64,000 bases of DNA from Scenedesmus sp. PABB004 (Eukaryota): positions 620,001-684,000 of the forward strand of contig JABVCE010000019.1 in assembly GCA_014905635.1 (NCBI GenBank), given 5' to 3'. Position numbers and translations under genes: made by a program. Below the pieces are notes generated by a model, which worked only from the letters and a program-made list of their open reading frames with translations, was not told the DNA's origin and made no database searches. Below are positions 30,241 to 41,790 of the stretch, in pieces (position 1 is the stretch's first letter; each line of letters starts with the position of its first letter).

Positions 30241-33200
30241 ATGCCGGCGACGATCGTGCTGCCCGGCGCGGTGCGCGGCGCGGTCGTCACCCGCTTCCCG
30301 CCGGAGCCGTCGTGGCTGCTGGACGTGGGGCACTGCAAGGCGGCGCTCGTCAACGAGGCCCTGGCCGCGCAGTTTGAGGTCGGCGGCGCCCGCGGCGCCG
30401 GGGACCGCAGCACACCGCGCGCGCCGCTCGCGCAGCTGGTCAGGTCAGCCCCCCGCATGCCGTCTCCTGCCCGCCGCCAGGGCGCGTGGCTGCTGCGCTA
30501 CGACGACACCAACCCCCGTGCCTGCTCCGCAGCGTGCGTTGCGGCGTACGAGCAGGTGCGCCCGCGCGCCGGGCGCGCAATCGTGGACGCCCGCGCGGGC
30601 TGTCGCCTCGCGCCCCGCGCCCGCGCGCGACCCCCGCCCCGCCGGCCGGCCGCCGCCGCCACGCCCCGCCGGCCGGCCGCCGCCGCCACGCCCCTGCGCC
30701 GCCCCTGCGCCGCCCAGGACCTGCCCCTGCTGCGCCTGTGTCCGTCGGGTCGGAGCTTCGCGTCCGACTTCTTTGGCGCCATGGCCGCCGACGCGGGGCG
30801 CCTCATCGCGTGTGGGTTCCTCTACGCCGACGACACGCCCCTCGACCAGGTGGGTGGGTGGGTGGGTGGGTGGGTGGGTGGGTGGGTGGGTGGGTGGGTG
30901 GGTGGGTGGGTGGGTGGGTGGGTGGGTGGGTGGCTGTGCGCGTGGCTGTGCGTGTGCTTTGGTGGCGCTGGTGGGCGTGCTTGCATTTGAGGGGTTGAGG
31001 GGGCCTGGGGCTCGGCGGCGTGGTCCAGCCGCAAGCCCCCCCCTCCCGCCGCGCCGCGCCGCGCCGCGCCGCGCCGCACCGCGCCGCGCCGCGCCGCGCC
31101 GTGCCGCGCCGCCGCAGATGCGCGCGCAGCGCCTGGCCATGCAGGCCTCAACTGCGCGGGGGCGACCGGCCGCGGAGAGCCTCGCCGCGTGGCGGGAGAT
31201 GCAGGCGCGCGGCGTGCGGCGGTGCACAGCGCGCGGCACACAGCGCGCTTGGCGGGCGGCGGCGCCGCGCGGCGCTGCGTGCGCCGCGGTCACCACCACG
31301 CGCTCCGCGGCGCGTCGCACGCCGCCACGCACGCGTGCGCAGGCCGGCGCCGGGGGCTGGGTGCTGCGCATGGCGCTGGACCCGGGGTCGGAGAACGGCG
31401 CGCTGCGGGACCCGGTGGCATTTCGCGTCATAACAGACGCCCGGCACTTCCGCACCGGGGCGCGCCGCGCCGCGCGGCGGGTGGCGGCGCGCGCAGCCCC
31501 GGCCTCCCAGGCGGGCGGGGCCCCGCGCACGCGCCGGCGGCGCCGCCGAGGCCTCGCCCGTCACTTGAAGCCGGCGCCCCTCAACGCCCTGATGAGCCGT
31601 CGAGCCCCGCCCCCGCCCCCGCGCGCCCTGCAGGCTGTGAGTTTGCGGCGTACCCCACGTATGACTTTGCGGCGCCGTGGCTCGACAGCGCGCAGGGCGT
31701 GACACACGCGCTGCGCACGCTGGAATTTCGCGACCGCGACGATTTGTACGCGGCGGTGCAGGCGGTGCGCGCGCGCCCGGGGGCTCCGGGCCGCGCGCGC
31801 CGCGCGGCAGCGCCCGCAGCGGCCGCGGGGGCGGCGCCGCCGCCGGAGCCGCCGCGCACCGCCGCGCCGGCTCAACCCTCAACCCCCGCAGGCGCTGCTG
31901 CCGCTGCACCCTGGCTGGCGGGCGACGCAGATCTTTGAGTTTCCCCGCATCCACATGGCCCACACGCCGCAGGCGCGCGCGGCGCGCCGGCCCCGTGCGC
32001 GGTCTAGGCCACGCGCGGCTGCGCTGCGGTTTCGGCCACGCGCGACTGCGCCGCGCCGCGGCAGCGCGCGACGCGCGAGCCCCAGCGACGAGCGCCCCGC
32101 CGCCGTCACCGCCGCCGCCGGCGGCGCCGCGGCCGCGCAGGCCAAGGCGCACCAGCGCGCGCTGCTGGGCGCGGGGCTCGTCGCCGGCCCGGACGACCCG
32201 CGGCTGCCGACGCTGCGCGGCCTCATGCGCGGCGGCTGCCACCCGGACGCACTGCGGGCCTTCCTGCTCGAACAGGCGCGGCGGCGGCAGCGCGGCAGCG
32301 CGGCGCGGATGCGCGCGGGGCTTGGCTGGCCGCGCGCCGCCGCCCCCGCGCACGCACGCGCGTCCCCACCGGCCCAGGTGACGCCGGCGCGCAAGGAGAC
32401 CTACCACTCGTGGGACAAGCTCTGGACCCTCAACCGGTGCGGCGGCGGCGCGGCGGACAGGTCGATGCGCGCGGGGGGGGCTGGGGGTGGGGGCTCTGGG
32501 GGACCGCCGCCCGCCGACCACGCCGCCCCGCGGACCGTGCTTGCCCACGCTCAGGCGGCTGCTGGACCCGGTGGCCTCGCGGCACATGGCGGTGGCGGAC
32601 GGGGGTGCGCCCCAGCCGCGGGGAGGAGCCGCGGGCCACCGCCGCGGGCCCCTCCCTGCGTGCGCGCCGCGCCACTCCCCTGCGCGTGGCCGTCCGCGCC
32701 GCGCGCGCCGCGCCACTCCCCTGCGCGCGGCTGTCCGCGCCGCGCGCGCCGCAGGCCACGTGCTGCTGGCGCTCGCGGGCGGGCCGGCGGAGCCGGAGGC
32801 CGCCGAGGTGCCGTGGAAGCAGGGGCACGTCGCCCGCGTGGTGCGCTGGCGGGAGGTGTGGCTCGATGGCGACGACGCGCAGGTGGGCTGTGTGCGGCGC
32901 CGCGCCCCTGAGCCCCTGTGCTCGCTGAACCCTGTGAGCCCTGAGCCCTGAACCCCGTGCGCAGGACCTGGACGTCGGCGACGAGGTCACGCTGCTCGCC
33001 TGGGGCAACGCCGTCATCACCGCGGTCACGCGCGAGCAGCAGCAGCAGGAGCAGCAGCAGCAGCAGCAGCAGACGCAGGAGCAGCAGGAGCAGGTGCAGC
33101 TCTGCGGCGGAGGCGGAGGCGGCAGCGGCGGGGGCGGCAGCGGCGGGGGCGGCAGCGGCGGCGGACGGGTCGTGCGGCTCGCCGCGGCGCTCCGTCCCGG

Positions 33201-33877
33201 TGGCGACCCCAAAACCAGCAAGGCAAAGCTCCACTGGCTCCCTGCCCTGCCCGAGGTGCGCGCGCCGCGCCGCCCACCCGCCGTCGCGCGCGCTCCCGCC
33301 TCGCCGTTGTCCCCCGACGCCGCGCCGCGCCGCCGCGCCGCGGCGTCCGCAGCTGCTCGTGCCGCTGCGGCTCGTCTCCTTCTCGCCCTGCCTGACCGAG
33401 GAGCGCGCCGTGGACGAGACGGACGTGGTTGCCGCGTTTGACAGGGCCAGCCGGCGCGAGGCGCGCGCGTGGGGCGACCCGTCGCTGCTGCGCAGCGCGG
33501 TGCGCGGCGCGGTGGTGCAGCTGCAGCGCAAGGGGCTGTTCATCGTCGATGCGGTCACGCTCGCCGGCGACAGCGCCAGCGGCGGCGGCGGCGCCACGCG
33601 CGCTGGGCTGCTGGCCCCGGCCGGCGCCGGCGCGGCGCCCGCAGCCGCGGGCGGCCCGCCGCCGGTGCCGACCGGCGGCGAGCTGCTGCACCGCCCCGAC
33701 GGCGGCGCGCCGGCGGGCATGGTCGCTGCCGCGTCGGCCGCCGCGGCGCTGGCGCCGCGCGACGTGGCCGAGCTGACGTGCATCGCCATCCCGGACGGCC
33801 ACACCAAGCGCGGGCCCTGGGTGGGCAGCCGGCAGCGCGCGAGCGAGGCGGGCGCCGCGTGCGACGGGGCGCTGTGA
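30241..33877 (+). CDS. Eukaryotic-type glutamyl-tRNA synthetase paralogue with degenerate HIGH and KMSKS motifs, 13 exons
   Basis: VVTRFPPEPS, LRYDDTNP, NGALRDPV, YPTYDFAAPWLDSAQGVTHALR, DDPRLPTLRGL, WDKLWTLNR, GDEVTLLAWGN, VVQLQRKGLFIVD, IPDG: catalytic and anticodon-binding domains collinear with cytosolic GluRS. Confidence 0.9.
30849..30932. repeat. (GGGT)n tetranucleotide repeat at the 5' end of a GluRS-paralogue intron
   Basis: About 20 GGGT units starting at the GT donor (30850). Confidence 0.92.
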
Positions 33878-34037
33878 GCGCTCGGGCGCGCAACCTGTTG
33901 TGTGTTGCAACGTCGAGCCAAGCTCGGCCAGCCGTGCCCGCGCCCCACACTGCCACACCGCAACTCTTCATCAACCGGTCGATCAATCAATTGAAGCACT
34001 CGCCCAGCCCCCGCCCTCCCTCCCTCGCACGCCCAGC

Positions 34038-37000
34038 TCAGCGCAGCGCCGCCGCGGGCGTCGGCCGCGCGCGCGCCGCGCCCGCCGCCGCGACGCGCGC
34101 CGTCGCGACCGCCTTGTCCACGGCCTTGATGGCCGCGAACTGGAAGCCCATGAACCGCACCGCGTCGTCGACGCTGCCCACCAGCAGCAGCGCGCGCGCG
34201 CTCGCGGCGGCCGTGCCGACGTCGCCGTCGTCCGCGCCGGCGCCGGCGCCGCCGCCGCGCGGCCGGAACGTGAGCGACGGCGCCGGCGGCGGCGCGCCGG
34301 CGGCGGCGCTCAGCTGCGCGCAGAGCTCGGCGAGCGCGGCGTTGAAGGTCCCGCGCACGAGCTGGTGCTCGCCCAGGATCTGCGCGTGCAGCGCGTGCCG
34401 CGTGCGCGACATCACCGCATACATCGCCACGCGCTGCTCCTCCAGCTGCGACAGCTGCGCCGCGGCCGGCGGGCGGGCGGGCGGCGTCGGCGGGCGGGGT
34501 CGGCGGGCGGGGTGTGCTGGGCCAGGGCGGGCGGGCGGGCGGGTGCTGTCGCTGAGGCGCGGCCCGGCCGGCGCGGGGCTGCGTGCCTGCAGCCCCAGCC
34601 CCGCAGGCCTCCCGCGCGCGCGCGCGCGCGTGCACGAGCGCCGGCGCCGGCGCCGCCGGTGGCGCACCAGGACGTTGACGGCGTGCACGCTGCGCGGGCT
34701 GGGGCGCGCGAGGGCGCCTCCGACCGCGGCGACGAGCAGGCCGAGCAGGCCAAACAGCCGGACGACCTCGGGGCCGAGGGGGACGCCATAGACAATGAAA
34801 TGACACCCGCTGAAGCCGCCTGGCGCCGGGGGCGGGAGTCGGGGACGGAGGGCGGCGGAGGCGGGGGCGGGGAGGAGGGGTGGAGGCGCGGCGGCGCCAG
34901 GGCGCGCGGCTGTGTTGGCGGTCGACCGGCGCGCGGCTGTGTTGGCGCCCCGCACCGGCGATGTTGGGCGGCGTCATCGCGCTCTGCAGCGCCGCGAGGC
35001 GGTCGAGCAGCGACAGCAGCGCCGACAGCAGCGCCGGGACGACCTGCGCCCGGGGTTGGCGCGGGCGCGGCGCGGTGGGCGGGCACGCGGCGGGCGCGGC
35101 GGCGCGGCCGCCGCGGCACGGCCGCCGCGGTGCCGCCCGCCGCCGGTCGTCGCACCGGCGGCGTCGCGAGCACGCCGCGGCTCCACGCGACGGTGTCGCG
35201 CTGCAGTGACGCCTGCACCTCCACGAGTGGCCCCGCGACGAGCGCCTGCAGCGCGGCGGGGCTGACCGGGTCGCGCGCCGCCGCCGCCGCCATGGAGGGC
35301 GCGGCCGTGAGCGCGGCGCCGCCGCGGCCGCTGCCGTCGCCGCCCCCGGCGCCGCCGCCGAGGGGGCTGTCAAAGTCGGGAAAGGCAAAGGCGGCGGCGT
35401 CCACCAGCGAGGCCGCCATCTTGCGCGCGGCCGCTACCTCGCCCGCGCTGCGCGGCGCGTGGGCGGCGCGGCGCGTGAGCGCGGCGGGCGAGCGGGGCGG
35501 CGCGGCGGGCGAGCGCGCGGGCCCCTCCTGGGGGCGCCGCCCACCTGTAGGTCAGGCAGCCGCGGCACCTGCTCGCCGCGTCCAGGTCGGGCGCGGCGTC
35601 GCCGCCGCGCCGCGCCGAGCCCACGCCCGCCGCGACCTTGGCGACCGCGCCGAGCGCGCCGCCGGCGCCGCTGCCGCCGCTGCGTGGCGGCGCGTCGTCG
35701 GGGCCGGCCGGCGCGGGGCAGGGCAGCGCGAACGACGCGACCGCGTCGGCGCCCTCCTGGAAGCAGCGCGCGTAGGTCTGGACCATCAGCCGCATCGCCG
35801 CCTCGTAGGTGTCGGCCATCACAGCGAGTGCCCAGTCGCCTGGGGGGCGGGGGGGGGGGGGGGGCGGCGAGCGAGTCGGGCGGGTGGGCGAGCTGGGCGG
35901 CGACCGCGGCGGCGGCGGCGGCGGCGGCGGCGCGAACGGGGGCCCGCGGGCCGTGCTGGAGAGCGCGGCGCGGCGCGGCGCGGCGCGGCGCTCACTCGTG
36001 TACCAGGGCAGTAGCAGGTGGCAGACCAGCGCGCTCACCAGCACGCCTGCGCGGGGCAGGCAGAGGGCGCGCGCCGGGCGCTCGGCGCGGCGCGAGACGC
36101 GGGCCGCGGCCGGCGCCGCGCCGCGGCCGCGCGCCGGCGCCGCTCGCCCCGCGCCCGGGCGTGCGCGGCGGCGCACCGGCGACGACCGAGACGACGCGCG
36201 CCGCCGCGACGGCGACGCTGCCGGGGCCGCAGCACTGGCAGCACACGAGCGCCGAGAGCGTCATGAGGGAGAGCGTCACCGCGACGCGCAGGCGCGTCGG
36301 CCCGAGCAGCCCCACCACCAGGGACGCGGCGGCCATGATGCCACCGAGGGCGACCGGCGACGCCGCGGTCGCGGGGTGCAGCATCGCCGCGTAGCCGAGC
36401 GCGCCGCCGGCGAGCGTGCCGGCGAGCCAGAAGCACACCTGGCGGGCGTGCGGGGCGCCGCGCGCGGGGTCGCGGTCAGCGAGGCTTCAGGGGCTCCCTG
36501 ATGAAGGCCCCCCGGCTGTGGCCCTCGGAACGCGCCCCGCCGCGCAGCTCCGCCCCCGTGCGGGCCAGCCAGCGGCCGCTCCACATGCGGCGCGGCGCGG
36601 CGTGGCGCGGCGGCGCGCGGAGGCGCAGCGGCGCGCGCGGCGCGGCGCGGTGGCGCGCGGCGGCGCGGCGGCGGGGACGCGCCCACGTGCCTTTGTGAGC
36701 GTCGCCTCGACGCGCTCGCTCATGGCGAGGCTGGCGGCGATGTAGCCGAACGCGGGCGACACGCGCACGAGGGGCGGGCTGGTGTGCATGCTCGCGAGCG
36801 TGGCGACGAGGCAGGCGGTCAGCACGAGCCAGTACTTGGCGCCCGCCTTGGTTTAGGGGGTTTAGGGGGTTTAGGGGTTTAGGGTTGAGGAGGTGCGTGA
36901 GCGTGTGAGTGAGAGGCAGGGCCAGAGGCGGGGCAGAGGCAGAGGCAGAGGCAGCCGGGCGGCGGTGCTGGCGTGGGCGCGGCGGGCGCGGCGACACAGC

Positions 37001-40000
37001 GCGGCTGTCGCGCGCTGCGTAGCCCAGCGTGCGCCGCGGGACCCACCTGCACGCGGCGGCAGCGCACGAGATCGGCCAGCCCTGCGATGCGCCGCGGCGG
37101 CGAATGAGCGTGCGTGCGTGCGTGCATGGGAGTGTCCGTGCGTGCCGGCAGGCAGCGCACGTGCGCTGCCGCGCCCGCCCCGCGCGCGCACCTGCCCAGC
37201 CCTGCCGCGCCGCGGTGGCCAGCACGCCGCCGGGGCCGAGCGTGCGGCGCCAGTTGGCCGCCAGCATCGCGCCGCCCGCGAGCGGCGCGAGCGGCTTGGC
37301 CCACGCGAGCCAGCGCGCGGGCGCGGTCGCGGGGCGCGGCCGCGCAGACCGCGGCGCTCGTGGCGCGCTCGAGGGCGTCCAGGGTATCAATCAGCGCGTT
37401 GGTCAGGGACCAGGCAAACATGAGGTGCCGCACCTGCGCCCCACGCGGACACACAGCGGCGCGGCGCGTGGGCCGCGGCGGTAGCACGGCGGCACGGTGC
37501 GGGGGCGCACGGCGCCGGCGCCGCAGCCGCAGCGCCCGCCGCCTCGGCCGCGCCTGCGTGAGCGCCGGCACGACCGCCACGCCGGCGTCGGCGCCCGGGC
37601 GCGTGAGCGAGCCCCAGTGCCGCTCCTGCTCGGTCGCGATCTGCGTCGCCAGCTCCGCCTTGGCCTGCGCCCAGCTGCGGCCAAACGTGCCGACCAGGCC
37701 GCAGAAGGGCCCGTCGGCGGCAACAAACTTGGCCCGCCCCGCCCGCACGACGCCGCGGCGCAGGTGGGGGCGGCCATAGCCGCGCAGCGCGTCGGCCTGC
37801 GGCGGAGGCGGACGGGCGGGCGAGTGGACGGGCGGGCGGGTGGGCGGCCGAGTGGACGACAGGCAGGCGAGCGGGCGGGCGATGCCGGCGGACGATGCCG
37901 CCGTGGGGCTCCCGGCGCGCGCGCGGCGCGGCGCGCGGCGCGCGCGCGGCGGCGGCGCGCGCTGCAGCGCGAGGCTCGCTGCCGCTGTGCTGTACACGAT
38001 CTGCAGCGCGTCGAGCATGGGCGGCGAGAAGGCGTAGCCCGTGCCCTGCAGCGAGCCGCCGTCCTCGATGATCGCCTCCAGCGCGCTCAGCCTGGCCGGG
38101 GGGGGGGGGGGGGTTGCGGGGCGGCAGAGCGGGGCGGGGCGGGGCGGGGCGGGGCGGGGCGGGGCAGGCCTTGGAGGGCGCGGGAGGAGGCGCGGGCCGG
38201 CGCGCCGCCGAGGCCGCCGAGGGCGGGGCCGCCGCTGGCTGCCGCGCGCGCACCGCGAGAGCAGCAGGGTGAGCACGTTGACGACGCGGCCCACGCGGCC
38301 GCGTCAAACCACGCCGCCGCGCCGCCGCGCATCCACTGCGGCTCCACCGCCGCCGCGCCCAGCAGCATCTGCGGAGCGCGCGCGCGCGCGGGCGGGCGGG
38401 CGTGTGCGTCTCGGGGCGGCCGCGCCGCGCAGCCGGCGCCGTCCCGCGCTGCGCCGCCAGCGCTTCCGCGCGCGCCGCGCGCGCGCACCCGCGCGGCCGC
38501 GAGGCGCGGCCGCAGCGAGGCGACGGGCGCCTCGGGCAGGGGGCAGCGGTACGCGCCCGGCGCGGGCGGGGGGCGGGGGTCGGTGTTGCGCCGCATGACG
38601 TTGCGCCACTCCTCGAGGGTCAGACTCTCTGCGACCACCAGCCCGCTGCCGGCGTCGCCCAGGGCGTAGAGACTCTCAGCCTTGGCCAGTGCCTCCACCT
38701 CGCGCGCGGCCGCCTCGTCGAGCGGGACCGGCCCCGGGCCCCCGCCGCCCGCGCCGGCGCCGCCGGGCGCGGCGGCCGCTCCGCACGGCCGCTCCGCCGC
38801 CGCGGCAAAGGGCGAGGCGCGCGCCGCGCCCGGGGGCGGCGCCGACTCCCACGCGGCCAGCGGCGCCTGCACGGACGGCAGCACCTGCGCGGCCGGCGGC
38901 GCCTCCGGGGCGGCGCGACCGCGTTGTCGCGCGTGGGGCCCGCGCCGCCGCAGCCGAAGCCCTCGCCCCGGGCCATCGGCCGGAACAGCCGCGCGGCGTA
39001 GCGGCTCGTGGCCAGGCCGGCGGCGGCCGCGACGCCGGCGAGCGTGTCCTGCACCTGCGATGCGCAGCCGGCGCGGCGCGCTCGGCGGCGGCGCCGCGCG
39101 CCGCGGCGGCGGCGCTGCGCGGCGCGGCCGGGCCTGGCGGTGCTGCGCGGCGCGTGGCGGCGCTGCGCGCGGCGTGCGCGGCGCGCCTCCTCCGACGCAA
39201 GCGTGGGCGCGATGAGCCCCGCACCACCGCAGCGATGATGGCGGCCGCCACCGACGCGAGCAGGACGCCGCCGGCGGTGATCCACACCTGCGCGGTGGCG
39301 GCGGCGGCGGCGCGGCGCGTCAGACGGCGCCGCGGCGGGCGGGCGCGCCCTGCGTTGCGGCGCTGCGCGTTGCGGCGCGCGCACTGACGTGGGCGACGTC
39401 GTGGAAGCGCCAGGTGGAGATGCAGACCATGCCGTAGGCCAGGCAGCATGACATGCCCTGGCTCCACAGCAGCGGCGGCGACGCCGCGACGCGGTTGGGG
39501 ACGAGCAGGGTCAGCCCCGCCGGGCCCAGCACGCACAGCAGCGCCGTCGACGCGACGCCGGGGCCGGGCGCCTTGCTGATGCTGCTCTGCGGAGGGCGTC
39601 GTGCGGCGCGCGGCGGCGCGGGGGCGTCGTACGGCGGCGCGCGGCAGTCGCGTGGCGGCGGTCGTGGCGGCGGCGGTCAGCCGCCCGCGCTCACCACGAC
39701 CGAGCCGCAGAGCCCGCCCGTCCAGATCGCGCCCAGCAGCGCCGCGCCGCTGTTGAGGCGCGCGCCTGCGGGGCGGCGCGGGGCCCGAGTGAGCGCGCGG
39801 CCGCCGCGCACGCACGCGCACGCGCACGCGCCGCGCCGCAGCGCCCCGCGGCGGGCGCCGCCGCCGCGCACCGAGCGTCGGGTTGGGGCTGCCCATGACC
39901 GCGACGACCAGGAAGAGCGTGGGCGTGATGCAGGACTGGGGGAACGCGATGGGCCGCACAAAGCTGAACAGGCAGGCCACGAGCACGCCGACCGAGATCT

Positions 40001-40151
40001 GCAGCGCGCTCTGCACGCACGCCGCCGCGGTCGGCCCCGCCGGCGGCGCCGCGGTGGGCCGGCTGCCGCCGCCGCGCCCCGCCGCCAGCGCTTTCGCCTT
40101 GGGCTCGCATGGCTTGGCCGCCGGGGCGGCGCTTTTTGCAGCTGTGGTCAT
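34038..40151 (-). CDS. Large ALMT/FUSC (aromatic acid exporter)-like membrane transporter with two hydrophobic modules
   Basis: Module 1 VQSALQISVGVLVACLFSFV...VMGSPNPTLGARL...GAIWTGGLCG. Module 2 AKYWLVLTACLVATL...YIAASLAMSERVEATLTKVCFWLAGTLAGGALGY...AARVVSVVAGVLVSALVCHLLLPWYT, the FUSC/ALMT R..GT..GG pattern in diverged form. Many introns and several apparent 1-nt frameshifts. Confidence 0.7.
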
Positions 40152-40449
40152 CTCTAAGCGTTTGCAGGTCGGCAGCAGCGCGTCGCTGCTGCTGCCGCCG
40201 CCGCCTGGCCGGCGCAGCTGGGCGCGACCGCACCAGGGGCTCGCAGCGCGCCGCGCGCGGCTGGGCGCGGCGCTGGGGTCGCGCGTGCTGCTGCGACGCG
40301 CCGCGGCAGCAGCAGCGGTGCGGCGGAGCAGGTGTGGCGGCGCGGCCGTCGCTGCCGCGGGCCGCGGCGCTGAAGCTGCCGTAGGGCGTGCCGGGCGCGC
40401 GCTGTTGTCGCACCACGCACTCACTACCGCGCCGTCACGACGCCGGGGT

Positions 40450-41311
40450 TCAGTCGTCCGGCTCGCGCCCGCCGCCGCCACCGGCCTCCAGCCCAACTCC
40501 CCGCCCGGGCGCAGCAGGCCGAAGACCAGGGAGTCGACGAAGCGCCCGTCCTTGAACGCGGCGGCCGCCAGGCGGCCCTCGGCCGCAAAGCCCACGCGCG
40601 CGAGCAGCGCCGAGCTGGGCGCGTTCCAGGCGTAAACCAGCGCCTCCAGCCGCGCGCAGTCGGGGAAGCCGGCCGGCGAGAAGGCGTGGCTCACAAATGC
40701 GCGCACCGCCGCGCCGCCGACGCCGCGGCCCCAGTGCTCGCGCCCGAGCCAGAAGCCCAGCTCCCGCGTGTGGCGCTGCACGCCACACCGGCGCGCCGCG
40801 CCGATGCCGCCGACGACGCCCGCGCCGCCGCGCAGCTCGATCGCGAGCTGGCTGTGCCGCGCGGGCTGGCCCGGCGCCGGCGGCGCGTCCGGCGTGAGGC
40901 AAACGTCGCGTATCCACTGCCGCGCCAGCTCCACCGTGAAGGGGTGTTGCCAGCGGTCGGAGCAGTTTATCCACACCTCGCTGCAGGCAGCGGCATCGGC
41001 GTGCGTGTGTGTGTGTGTGTGTGGGGGGGGGCAGCGGCGGCGGCGGCGGCGGCAGCGGCAGCGCGGCGGCGGCAGCGGCGGCACCGGCTCTTGCGGGCGG
41101 TGACGCTGCCGCCCGGCCGCGCTCTCCCCCGCGGAGCGGCAGCGCTTGAGCGAGGCAGCAGCACCCACCGGTCGCTGGCGTGGCGCGCAAAGGCCTCGGC
41201 GTCGTCCAGCCGCCACGGCCGCAGCCGGCCGACCGCGCCGCTGCCGCTGCTGAACGCCACGGCGCCGGAGCCGTCTTCCTCGCTGTCCCAGTCGCTGCTC
41301 GGATCCGCCAT
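40450..41311 (-). CDS. GNAT family N-acetyltransferase (RimJ/RimL-like), 2 exons; stop position uncertain
   Basis: RLRPWRLDDAEAFARHA..., ELGFWLGREHWGRGVG, RLEALVYAWNAPSSALLARVGFAAEGRL...KDGRFVDSLVFGLL. Intron 41168-40981. Confidence 0.92.
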
Positions 41312-41790
41312 CACCCCTCTGACGCAGGGGGGGGGGCGGAGAGCGGGCACTGCGCCGGCCGCGGCGACGAGCGTCACTCGACGCCTGACAGCTGACAGCC
41401 CTACCGCGCCTCGCCCCAACCCAAGTGGGAGGATCGGGGTGTTGCCGTGCGCCGCTGCCAGCGGCAACGGAACATGAGTGGCCCTCTGCGCGGCTGCAGC
41501 GGCCACCCGCGCCCGCCGGGGCGGCAAGTGATCTCAACCTGGCGCGCGCGCCGCCGCGCCCGCCGCCCGCCGGCCATCCTGTGCGGCCCGCCGGCCCGGC
41601 GCCGCGCCCCGCCGCGGGCCGCCGGCGCGCCAGCGCCAACATGGAGACGACAACGCCGCGCCCGTAAGGCGCGCCGCCCGCGCCGCGCCCGCGCCCCGCC
41701 GCCGCCGCCGGGCGGGGGCTCGTTATTCCGCGCCCGCCGCGCCCCTCGCACCCCGGCGCCCTCCCGCCGCAGCCCCGCGCGCCGCGCCGC

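Noticed and set aside
36851..36890. Chromosome end or fusion scar from TTTAGGG repeats
   Set aside because: The tracts are short, degenerate and intronic with splice-site polarity, not a terminal or head-to-head array.
37955..37970. Apparent CG-starting donor in the ALMT-like gene (CAG|CGCGCG)
   Set aside because: Explained by a GC donor one codon later or by a dropped G. There is no homology anchor to decide.
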